A stretch of DNA of 64,000 nucleotides from Mobula hypostoma (lineage: Eukaryota), in assembly GCF_963921235.1 (NCBI RefSeq), contig NC_086108.1, positions 108,998,001 through 109,062,000 on the forward strand, in the 5' to 3' direction. The position numbers and the translations under genes were made by a program. Of this stretch, positions 49,310 through 60,710 are shown in pieces. Positions within the stretch are counted from its first letter, which is position 1; every line of letters begins with the position of its first letter. Under the pieces are notes generated by a model. That model was given only the letters and a program-made list of their open reading frames with translations. It had not been told where the DNA came from and searched no databases.

Positions 49310-49864
49310 TATATCCATTCTGCATGAATGCTGGCTCTGGTCTGTTCTGACACAGTGCGGCACTAACATGCAATTGTGCCACTTTTAGAGAAGCCAACTG
49401 AACAAAGATGTTCAATATACAGACAGATGTTCCCCGCTGCTTGTCAGCCAGAAGCAACAAGCACCACAGTGATTTATCGTCACTCTTCTAAAGGCTTTCA
49501 AAGAGAACAAGCAGCTTTCCAGACAAAGGGGGAAATGATGTCTTCTTGACATTTTACATGTGATGATTGTCCGGGGAAAATCGATGTCGAGCTAGCTTAG
49601 TCAGCACTTCATGTGGCTTTTAAATTCAAGGTGATGAGTTTCAGTCCCAGGTTAGATAAAGCTTTAGCGAATGTCAAAGGCGGTGATACAAAAGACATCT
49701 AAATATCAACTATCTACTTCTTTTCCTTGCTTTTTAAAGTCCATCTGAAACAGCGTTTCTTTTTGGGGATGCCACCACTAATTACCCAAGCCTCATTCTA
49801 CACTTTCACATTCTCTTGCTTGGTGGCTCTGGGCCTGTAATCACTGGAGTTTAGAAGAATGGGT

Positions 49865-50445
49865 TTCGAAGGATTGGAGTATTGTGAGCAGGTTTGGGCC
49901 CCATACTCCATATCTATGAAATGATGTGCTGGCATTGGAGAGGGTCCAAAGGAGATTCAAGAGAATGTTTCCAGGGAATGACAGGGTTAATATATGAGGA
50001 GCGTTTGTTGCCTCTGAGCTGTACTTGCTGGAGCTGTTAAGAATATAGGGGGAGGGTGTGAAGTAGATCTTATTGAAACCTACCAAATATTGAAAGGCCT
50101 TGAGTGGATGTGGGGAAGATGTTTTCCATAGTGGCTGATTCTAGGACCAGAGGGCACGGCCTCAGAATTCATCCCTTTAGAACAGAGATGAGGAGGAATT
50201 TCTTTAGCCAGAGAGTGGTGAATCTGTAGTTCATTACCACAGACGGTTGTGGAGGCCAAGTTATTGGGCATATTTAATGTGGAGGTTGACAGGTTCTTCA
50301 ATAGAAAAGATGTCAAAGATTATGGGAGGAAGGCAGGAGAATTGGGTTGAGAGGGAAAACAAATCAGCCGTGATCGAATGGAGAAGCAGATTCGATGAGC
50401 TGAATTGCCTCATTCTGCTCCAATGTCTTGTGGTCTTATGGTCTA
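49865..50445 (+). mobile_element. CR1 3' fragment
   Basis: Similar to 7490-8030 and 55920-56470. Confidence 0.85.
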
Positions 50446-50699
50446 AAGCCCCGACTCAGGGACTGAGTTACAGAGAAAGACCAGGACTTCTTTCCTTGGA
50501 ACAAAGGAGATCAAGTGGCAACCTTACAGAAGTGTATTATATCATCAGGGGTATAGACGGAGTGAATAATACAGTTCGGAAAGTTGTCCTGATGAAGGGT
50601 TCCGGCCCAAAACATCGACCGATCTTTTCCACGGATGCTGCCTGACCTGCTGAGTTCCTCCAGCGTGTTGTGAGTGTTGCTCGGAAAGTTGGGAGAACT

Positions 50700-51080
50700 C
50701 ACGCCAGTTCCCACTGAGGGATCATTGGTGGAACGGGTGAACAGCCTCAATTTCCTCGACATCTCAGAAGATAGACTTTGGGTATAACACATTGCTGAAG
50801 TCCCAAAGAAAGCATACCAGTGGCTCTACTTCATCATGAGTTTGAGGAGACTTGGTACAACACCAAAGACTCTTGCAAATTTTTACAGATGTACAGTGGA
50901 GTACATTCTGATTGGTTGCATTGGCATCTCATCTGATAGCTCCAATGCATAAGATCGCAAAAGGCTGCAGAAAGGTGTAGACTCACTAGGTTATATCCCA
51001 GACAAAACTCTCCCCACTATTGAGGACATCTTCAACAGATGGTGCTTTGCAAAAGTTGATTCTATTATTAAAGACCCTCT
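50700..51080 (+). mobile_element. Highly decayed Rex1/Babar fragment
   Basis: ctctacttcatcatgagtttgaggaga...caaatttttacagatgtacagtggag parallels 30990-31240. Confidence 0.6.
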
Positions 51081-51544
51081 GCAGAGTGCAAAAGAGAGCA
51101 AAGATATGAAGGTAATGTTCATGGGTACATGACGGTTCAGAAATCTGATGGTGGAGAGGAAAAAGATGTTCCTAAAATGTTGAGCTTGTGTCTTCAGGCT
51201 CCCATGCCTCCTCCTTGATGGCAGTAATGAGAAAAAGGCACGTGCTGGGTGGTGGGTCCTTACTGATGGATGCTGCCTTTTTGAGGCATCATCTTCTTAT
51301 GGTGTCCTAGGTGCTGGAGAGGCTAGTGCCGCTGATGGAGCTGGCTAAGTTTACAACTCTCTGCAGCTTTTCCCAGTCCTGAGCAGTGGCCCCTCCATAC
51401 AAGATGGTGATGCAACCAGTTAGAATGCTCTTCATGGTACACCTGTAGAAATGTGTGGAATTGTAGAGTTGTAGAAATGACAATATTCTCCTAATTTCAT
51501 ATCTTGCACTGTACTGGTGATGCAAAGTGACAAGTTTTGAAGCA

Positions 51545-52450
51545 TATAGATCATAGATAAGTACAGCACAGAATCTGGCCCTTCGGCCCATTTATTCCAC
51601 ACTGAACCATTTAAACTGCCTATTCCTATCGACCTGTACCCAGCCCATAGACCCCTCCCGTCCATGTACCTATCCAAACTTCTCTTAAACGCTGAAATCA
51701 AGCTCACATGCACTACTTGTGCTGGCAGCTTATTCCACACTCTCACAACCCTCTGTGTGAAGAAGTTTCCCCTTATGTTCCCCCTCAGCATTTCACCTTT
51801 CACCCTTAACCCATGACCTCTAGTTGTAGTCCCACCCAACCTCAGCAGAAAAAACATGCTTGCTTTTACCCTATCTATACTCCTCATAATTTTGTATACC
51901 TCTATCAAATCTCCCCTTTGTCTTCTATATTCCAAGGAATATAGTCCGAACCTATTCAATCTTTCCTTATATTTCATGTCCTCCAGTCCTGGTAGCATCC
52001 TTGTAAATTTTCTCTGTACTCTTTCAATCTTATTTACATCTTTCCTGTAAGTAGGTGACCAAAATTACACACATATTCCAAATTAGACCTCTTCAGCATC
52101 TTATACAACTTCAACATAACATCCCATCTCCTGTACTCAGTACATTGATTTATGAAGGGCAACGTGTCAAAATCCTTCATTACAACCCTATCTACCTGTC
52201 TGCCTATGTCAATGAACTATGGACCTGTATTCCCCAATCTCTTTGTTCTACAGCACTCCTCGTGCCCTACCATTCATGCTGTAAGACCTGTGCTGGTGGG
52301 TCCTACCAAAGTGCAACACCTCGCACTTGTCTGCATTAAATTCCATCTGCCAATTTCCAGCCCATTTTTTCAGCTGGTCCGGATCCACTACAAGGTCTGA
52401 TAGTCTTCCTCGCTATCCACCTCATCCCCAATCTTTGATGTAATCTGCAT
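51545..52450 (-). mobile_element. CR1 3' fragment
   Basis: Minus ORF 51432..51998 MLPGLE..LEYRRQRGDLIEVYKIMR..TRGHGLRVKG..WNKLP. Confidence 0.9.
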
Positions 52451-53749
52451 GTATATCAGTGGTAATGAATTTGATTCTGATTCTGATATGCACAGCCAGA
52501 GTTGGAAAATAACAATTAGAGGGCAAAGTTTTAAGGTGAGAGGAGAAAGAATTAAAAAAGACGTCAGGCAGCTTCTTCAACCAGTGGGTGGTGAGTATAT
52601 GGAACGAGCTGTCAGATAATGTGGTTCCAGCAGCTCCAACAAGCACCATTTCTCATTTTTTATGTTTGGAGGGATGGCTTTGGGGACCGAGAGGGGAGTT
52701 TGGAGTTCTGATGTTGTTAGGTTCCCTGTCAGCAAAACCTTAAACTCTGAGGAAGTTTTTAACCTCTATCTGATAGATCTCTCTGGGTACCCTCACTATG
52801 AGGAGGTTATGCAGTATCCAAGGACTAGCTTACTGTCTAGTCTCTGTGATGAGGTTCAGCAGCTAATACCCACTGCTTCAGTGGTGGCTTCCCCCTCCCT
52901 ACCAAACAGAAGATACTTCCAGCTGACAAAGCAGTTTAAACACAGATAAATTTATTTTTATTATTACACATTTAAATTTTGGCAGGTAGTTCTTAACACA
53001 CATTTAACATTCACAGATTTATAAACTATGAAGGATTTCCAAACACAGGTATAATTGTTACAAACTAACAGAATATATCAACAAATTGCAGATGAACGAG
53101 TCATCTGTCACCAAAAGCAAAGGTTGAAGAATGAATTCTAGTTCCTTCTGTCATTCCCCTTGCCATTCTTAACAATCCATAATGCATTCTAATATTTATA
53201 CTGATTTGTATTAGAAGGCATCATCTGCATGTGATGTTTTCCAGATACCTTTGCTGGGACAAAGTAATTCAGAGAGATGGTCTAAAAGCTTCTAGCAATA
53301 GAGATCCCAAACACTCACAATTAATACTGTTAGGGCTGTCTCTCTGAGTATACAGACATCCCTATTTGTAACCATATCTGCTGTGCAAAGTGATATAATC
53401 CCATTGTCTTGTACTTGGCTAATGCAGACAAGACGTTTCATGGTCACTTCACTTAACAAACCAAGTCTTTCAGCAGCCAAACCCCTGTCTAGATTCATAG
53501 CTTGTATTATATAACACTGTTGTTTGCAATGCTGTGTTTTTAACTTCAAAGTGATTACTTCTTGCAATGAGTATTAAGAACTGAAGACTGGTTCCTGTTT
53601 ACAACAGGAAAACAAAGGATATTTCTAAAATGTTTAACTTTGTCGCCAACAACTCTAACCCTTTGAAAAGGTCATGTCACTGTGCTAGAAAACTGAGTTT
53701 AGCAATAAGCCTCTTGTAACCCAGACAGTGATAATCCATCACAGGGTCT

Positions 53750-53960
53750 GGCTACAGTTTAGTGACAGGGATGTGGGAGAGTTAGAGGTCAGGTTAGGGT
53801 TTAGGGATGGGGATGTGGGGAGTTAGAGGTCAGGTTATAGTTTAGGGACAGGGATGTGGGGAACTGGAGGTCAGATTAGGGTTTGGGAACAGGGATGTGG
53901 GGGAGTTCTAGGTCAGATTAGCGTTTAGCAACAGGCATGTAGAGGAGTTAGAGGTCAAGT
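53750..53960 (+). repeat. About 41-42-bp G-rich tandem repeat, about 5 copies
   Basis: gggatgtggg..gagttagaggtcaggttagggtttaggga; GATGTG at 53770, 53812, 53853, 53894. Confidence 0.85.
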
Positions 53961-54309
53961 CAGAATCTAGGCCTCCATTTCATCCACTGCAGTGTATATT
54001 CAAAGGCCAGCAACAGTAACATGCAAAGCAGGGCATCCATGAATAGATGTTGTACTGGTAAACGCTGTGGACAAAAACCAGCAAGGACGAGGGTCAGCTG
54101 CCTCCCCAGGTCAGTGAGTTCTCCGAGGTTGATGGGACCTGGGATAGGTTGTACGTGCAGCAGGAGCCATAGGGTCTGCTAACCCTTTAGGTAGATGGGT
54201 CGATGAGTTCAGAGTTTGATTCCCAGATTTAAGGGTCTTATCATCAATGTGATGCTAAGACTTTATAAAGGATTAGTCAGACCATGCCTGGAGTATTTTA
54301 GTGGAGCAA

Positions 54310-56472
54310 ACAAAATTACAGTGGTATAAGAGAGGCCTTGGCCAAAGTAAAAGGAAGGAGATTCTAGTAAGATGACAGCAGAGTGGCAATGACACGAGTT
54401 TCTGGGAAAAATGAGGGAGGTGCAATGTAGATGTATTCCAAAAATGAAGGAATACTGAAATTGCAAAAAAAAGTACAACTGTGGGTGACAAGGGAAGTCA
54501 AAGCTAATGTAAAATCAAAAGAGAGGGCACAAAAATAAAGAAAAAATTAGCAGGGAGTCAGAGGACTGGGAAGCTTTAAAAACCCTACAGAGAGCAACTA
54601 AAAAATCATTAGGAGGGAAAAGATGAAATATGAAAGCAAGCTAGCAAATAATATCAAAGTGGATACTAAAAGCCTTTTTAAGTATGTAAAAAATAAAAAC
54701 GAGATGGAAATGGATATAGGACTGCCAGAAAATGAGGCCAGAGAAATAACATCGGGGACCAAGGAGATGGCAGATGAACTAAATGAGTATTTTGCATCAG
54801 TCTTCACTGTGGAAGACACAAGCAATATGCCAGATGTTGAAGGGTGTGAGGGAAGAGAAGTGAATGCAGTTACTATTACAAGTGAGAAGGTGCTCAAAAA
54901 TCTGAAAGACCTAAGGGTATATAAGTCACACGGACCAGATGAACAGCACCCTAGGGTTCTGAAAGAGGTAGTGGTAGAGATTGTGGATGCATTAGTAATC
55001 ATCTTTCAAAAATCATTGGACTCTGGCATGGTGCCAGAGAACTGGAAAATTTCTAATGTCACTCCATTCTTTAAGAAAGGAGAAAGGCAGCAGGAAGGAA
55101 ATTATAGACCAGTTAATCTGACCTCAGGGGTTGGGAAGATGTTGGAGTCAATTGTTAAAGATGAGGTTATGGAGTACTTGGTAACTGAGGACAAGGTAGG
55201 ACAAAGTCAGTATGGTTTCCTTAAGGGAAAATCTTGCTTGAAGAACCCGTTGGAGTTCTTTGAGGAGATTACATGTAGGATAAATAAAGGGGATGCAGTG
55301 GATTTTGTATAATTAGAATTTCTGAAGGCCTTTGACAAGGTGCCACTCATGAGGCTGCTTACCAAGTTAAGAGCCCATGGTATTACAGGAAAGCATTGGC
55401 TGATGGGTAGGAGTCAGCAATTGGGAATAAAAGGATACTTTTCTGGTTGGCTGCCAGTGACTAGTGCTGTTCCACAAGGGTTGGTGTTGGGACCGCTTCT
55501 TTTTATGTTGTATATAAATGATTTAGATGGTGAAATAGATGGCTTTGTTGCCAAGTTTGCAAATGATACACAGATTGGTGGAGGGGCAAATAGAGTTGAG
55601 GAAACAGGTTGGCTGCAGAAGGACTTGGAGAATGGGTAAGAAAGTGGCAAATGAAATATAATGTTGGAAAATGCATGGTCATGCATGTTGGTAGTAGAAA
55701 GAAATGTGCAGACTATTTTCTAACCGGGGAGAAAATCCAAATATCTGAGATGCAAAGGATTTGGGAGCCATTGTGCAGGACACGCTAAAGGTTAATTTTC
55801 AAGTAGAGTCAGTAAAGAGGAAGGCAAATGCAACATTAGAATTCATTTCAAGAGGTCTAGAATACAAGAGCAGGGATGTGATGCTGAGGCTTTATAAGGC
55901 ACCAGTGAGGTTTCACCTTGAGTATTATGAACAGTTTTGGGCTCCTATCTAAGAAAAGATGTGCTGGCATTGGAGAGGGTACAAAGGAGAGTCACAAGGA
56001 TGATTCCGGGAATGAAAGGGTTATCATACGAGGAGCATTTGATGGGTCTGGATCTGTACTCGCTGCAATTTAGAACGTTGAATGGGGATCTCATTGAAAC
56101 CTTTCGAATATTGAAAGGCCTAGACAGTAGCTGTGGAAAGGATGTTTCCCATGGTGGGGGAGTCTAGGACAAGAGGGCACAGCCTCAGGATAAAGGGGCA
56201 TCCATTTGAAACAGAGATGCAGAGAAATTTCTTTAGCCAGATGGTGGTGAATTTGTGGAATTTGTTGCCACATGCAACTGTGGAAGTCAGGTCATTGGGT
56301 GTACTTAAGGCAGAGCTTGATAGATTCTTGATTGGATGTGGCATCAAGGGATATGGGGAGAGGGCTGGGGAGTGAGGCTAAGGAGGGAAAATAGGTTCAG
56401 CCATGATTAAATCGTGGAGCAGATTGGATGGGCCAAATGGCCTAATTTTGTCCTATGTCCTATAGTCTTATG
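54310..56472 (+). mobile_element. CR1 LINE ORF2 relic (RT to 3' end)
   Basis: ELNEYFASVFT, NYRPVNLTS, VPQGLVLGPLLF, KFAND, TRGHSLRIKG; frameshifts and stops. Confidence 0.95.
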
Positions 56473-57861
56473 CAGTATTGTGAGCAGTTTTAGGTCCCTT
56501 ATCAAAGAAACGATGTGCCAGCACTGGAGAGGGTTCAAAGGAAGTTTATGAAAATGAAAGGACTAATGTATTAGGCATGTTTGGTGCCTCAGGACCTATA
56601 TTTGCTGGAGTTCAGAAGAATAGGGGGATGGGGGGGTAACTCATTGAAATATATCAGATATTGAAAGGACTAGATAGAGACAATATGGAGAGGAATATTC
56701 CTAGAGTGGATGAGTTTAGAACCAAAGGGCCGAGCCTCAGAATACAATGGACATTCCTTTAAACCAGCAATGAAGGGGAATTTCTTTCACCAGATGTGGT
56801 GAATCTGTGGAATTCATCAGAACAGATGGCTGTGTATATGTAATGTGGAAGATAATAGGTTCACAACATATGCTAGTGATATTAAACCTGACTCTGACTC
56901 TGGAAAAGGCTTTCCTGCATCACCATCTGGTGTGGAAGGGCAACCTACAGTAGTGTTAATGGCCACCAATAAAAGACATCATTCCGTGGCCCACTCCCGA
57001 GATTAAACTGAATTTAGACAAAGTGTGTATGTGTAACTACTCATTCACTTCTACACACCAACCCACGTGACAAATTATCCATACTAAATGCGCAACACAA
57101 AATACAATACAGACAGAGAATAGATATATGACTCCTATAACCCAGTCTCTATTTATTTCACTATAATAATACCAACTACATAAAAGTCAACTTTCTCTAG
57201 TCTCTACTCATGAAGATGAAGAGAGCACAAATTCAACTGGACATCAGTGAAAGTCGCGACTCAAGCAAACACACAGTGTGCAGGAGAAATCCCAGAAGTG
57301 AGGCTTTCCATGTAAACAGACCTGCAGAGCTCGTTCCTATTTATGAGCCAATGGGGGTACAATTCCAGAACACAACACATAAAGTTCACCACACAACCAA
57401 CCAGGATGAGACTTCCTCCCTACGTCACAACTGGGTTTCTGTACTGATGGCCGATCAGCTGATTAATAAGTATGTAAAGGCCACGCTTTCAGAGGAGATA
57501 TCACAATTAACAACACACTGATGATGTCTCCTCATGTGGTGACAAAGAGTTTGCAAGTAAAATGCCAAGATCAGAGACAACTCAACCCAATCATTACAAC
57601 TACATACTACTGAAAAATAGGGGATATTAAACCTTCAAGGTTAAATACCTTAACATTCATATGAATGTCTTCTTTCTTCTTCCAGATAAATCATGCAAGT
57701 CATCCAGGCCAGAGGTTACAGAGAGATACATGGCTCCTACATAGTCACACACAGCACATCCAGTTACGAAAGCACATACAATACCATCACAAAATAATAT
57801 TACCAGAAGTTGCTGAGAGGCATGGTCTGAAGATTGACAGATTGACGTATAGTGTGAGGTG

Positions 57862-58477
57862 CATAAGACCAAAAGACGACAAGATATATGAGAAGAATTA
57901 GGCCATTTGGCCCATTGAGCCTGCTCCATCATTTCATAATGGCTGATCCATTTTTCCTCTCAGACCCAGTCTCCTGCCTTCTCCCCTTAACCTTTCATGC
58001 ACTGACTAATCAAGAATCTACTAACCTCTACATTAAATATACCCAATGATTTGGCCTCCACAGCCACATGTGTCAACGAACTCAACAGATTCATCACTCC
58101 CAGGCTAAAGAAATTCCTCCTCATCTCCATTCTATTTTGAGGTTGTGTCCTCTGGTCTTACACTCTCCCACCACAGGAAACATCCTCGTCGCATCCACTC
58201 TATTGAGGCCATTCAACATTCGATAGACCTCTGTGAGGTCACCCCTCATTCTTCTGAATTTCAGTGAGTAGAGACCCAGAGCCATCAAACACTCCTCATA
58301 TGACCAGCCTTTCAATCCCGGAATCATTTTTGTGAACCTCCTTTGAATGTCTCCAATGTCAGCACATCCTTTCTTAAATAAGGTGGTCAAAACTGCTCAC
58401 AATACTCCAAGTGAAGTCTCACTAGTGTTTTATAAAGCCTCAACATTACATACTTGCTTTTATATTCTAGTCCTTTC
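57862..58477 (-). mobile_element. CR1 3' fragment
   Basis: Minus ORF IQRRFTKMIPGLKG..RRMRGDLTEVYRML..TRGHNLKIE. Confidence 0.9.
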
Positions 58478-59629
58478 AGACGTGATAGAGGCAGAGGATT
58501 GAAGGGTGGTGGGGGGGGTGGTGGCGTTTCTAGTCAGGGAAAATGTTACAGCAGTGCTCAGGCAGGTCGAATTAGAGGGCTTGTCTACCGAGGACATATG
58601 GGTGGAGCTGAGAAACAGGAAAGGTATGACCATATTAACGGGGTTGTATTATAGACCGCCCAAGAGTCAGTGAGAATTGGAGGAGCAAATCTGCAGAGAG
58701 ATAGCAGACAACTTCAGGAAACATAAAGTTGTGATGGTAAGGGATTTTAATTTTCCACATATTGATTGGGACTCCCATACTGTTAAAGGTCTAGTTGGGT
58801 TAGAGTTTGTAGAGTATGTTCAGAAAAGTTTTCTAAATCAATATATAGAGGTACCAACTAGAGAGGATGCAATATTAGATCTCCTATTAGGAAACGAGTT
58901 AGGACAAGTGACAGAAGTGTGTGTAGGGGAACAGTTTGGTTCCAGTGATCGTAACACCATTAGTTTCAACTTGACCATGGATAAAGATAGATCTGGTCGT
59001 TGGGTTGAGGTTCTAAACTGGAAAAAGGTCAAATTTGAAGAAATGTGGAAGGATCTAAAAAGCGTGGACTGGGGCAGGTTGTTCTCTGGCAAGAATGTGA
59101 TTGGTAAGTGGGAGGCCTTCAAAGGAGAAACTTTGAGACTGCAGAGTTTGTATGTTTGTCATGGTTCGGTCTGTGAAATCCGCATTCCGGTTCACCGTCC
59201 AGTCCGTGGACTCAGGACTCCGGGTCTTCCAGCTGTCCCTTGTTTTGGTTGAGTTAATCATAGGCACCTGATTCCCATCTTGGGGCTTGGAATATAAGAA
59301 GCCTTGGGGTCGACTGTGGGCTGCGGGTTTGTCTTGTCAAGATTTTGTGGGAGCAACCTGCCGGTGGAAGGCTGGGGTGGCCACTTGTCATCTTTGGGCT
59401 GTGTTGGAGAACCATTGCTTCATGGATCCTTGCTGTCGGTAGTCAGAGCTGTTGTTGTGGTATGGATTCGGCTGGTTCCCATGCCAGCTGAGTGGCTGCC
59501 AACTACTCTGAGCTAGGTAGGGATCCAGCTGTTTCCGTAGCCAGCTGAGGTTGCTGGCTGAACTGTGAGCTGGAGCAACCCCGATGCAGAGATGGAACTG
59601 TCTATTGTTCTTTGTTGTTTGTCTCTTCT

Positions 59630-59900
59630 TGTCCTCACCTCTGTGGGGTAAGTCAGGGCATTCTACCACTGCCCTGCGGGGGGATCTGTCTTGTCTTGTC
59701 CTTGCCTCCGTGGGGTAAGTCAGGCCGTTCTGTCATTGCCCTGTGGGGGGATCTGTCTTGTCTTGTCCTCCCCTCTGTGGAGTAAGTCAAGCCGTTCTGC
59801 CATTGCCCTGCAGGAGGATCTGTCTTGTCTTGTCCTCGCCTCCGTGGGGTAAGTCAGACCATTCTGCTGTTGCCCTGTGTGGGGTACTGTCTTGTCTTAC
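59630..59900 (+). repeat. 67-bp tandem repeat (4 copies) inside the LTR-like element
   Basis: GTAAGT at 59648, 59715, 59782, 59849. Confidence 0.9.
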
Positions 59901-60710
59901 CTCAAGCCCCAAGTTCAACCTCAAGACCACAGCCTCAAGCCCCAAACCCAAGCCTCAAGACGCTAGCCTCAAGCCCCAAGCTCAAGCCTCAAGACCCTAG
60001 CCTCAAGCCCCAAGCTCAAGCCTCAGGGCTCAAGCCTCAAGCCCCAAGCCCCCAGCCCCAAGACCCAAGCTCAAGCCCCAAGACCCCAGCCTCAAGCCTC
60101 AGAACCCCAGCCTCAAGGTTAAGACCCCAGCCCCAAGCTCAAGCCTCAAGACCCTAGCCTCAAGCCCCAAGCTCAAGCCTCAAGACCCTAGCCTCAAGCC
60201 CCAAGCTCAAGCCTCAAGCCCCCAGCCCCAAGACCCAAGCTCAAGCCCCAAGACCCCAGCCTCAAGCCTCAGAACCCCAGTCTCAAGGTTAAGACCCCAT
60301 CCCCGAGCTCAAGCCTCAAGACCCCAGCCTCAAGCCTCAGGACCCCAGCCTCAAGCCCCAAGCTCAAGCCTCAGGACCTCAGCCTTAAGTCCCAAGTCCC
60401 AGCCGCAAGACCCTAGCCTCAAGCCCCAAGACCCCAGCCTCAAGCCCCAAGCACAATCCTCAGGACCCCAGCCTCAAGCCGCAAGTACAATCCTCAGGAC
60501 CCCAGCCTCAAGCTGCAAGATCAAGCCTCGAGTCCCAGCCTCGAGCCCCAAGACCCCAGCCTCAAGCCTCAAGACCCCAGCCTCAAAACCCCAGCCCCAA
60601 GACCCAAGCTCAAGCCCTAAGACCCACACCCCAAGACCCGAGCCTCAAGCCCCAAGACCCGAGCCTCAAGCCCCCAAGCTCAAGCCTCAAGACCCCAAGA
60701 CCCCAGCCTC
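59900..60710 (+). repeat. Short-period (CTCAAGC/CCCAAGC/CCCCAGC) repeat inside the LTR-like element
   Basis: 6-7-nt units with larger duplicated blocks, e.g. agaaccccag..ctcaaggttaagacccca occurs twice. Confidence 0.9.

Noticed and set aside
59825..60157. Pro/Gln-rich ORF
   Set aside because: Derived from the CAAGCC-type repeat inside the LTR-like element.
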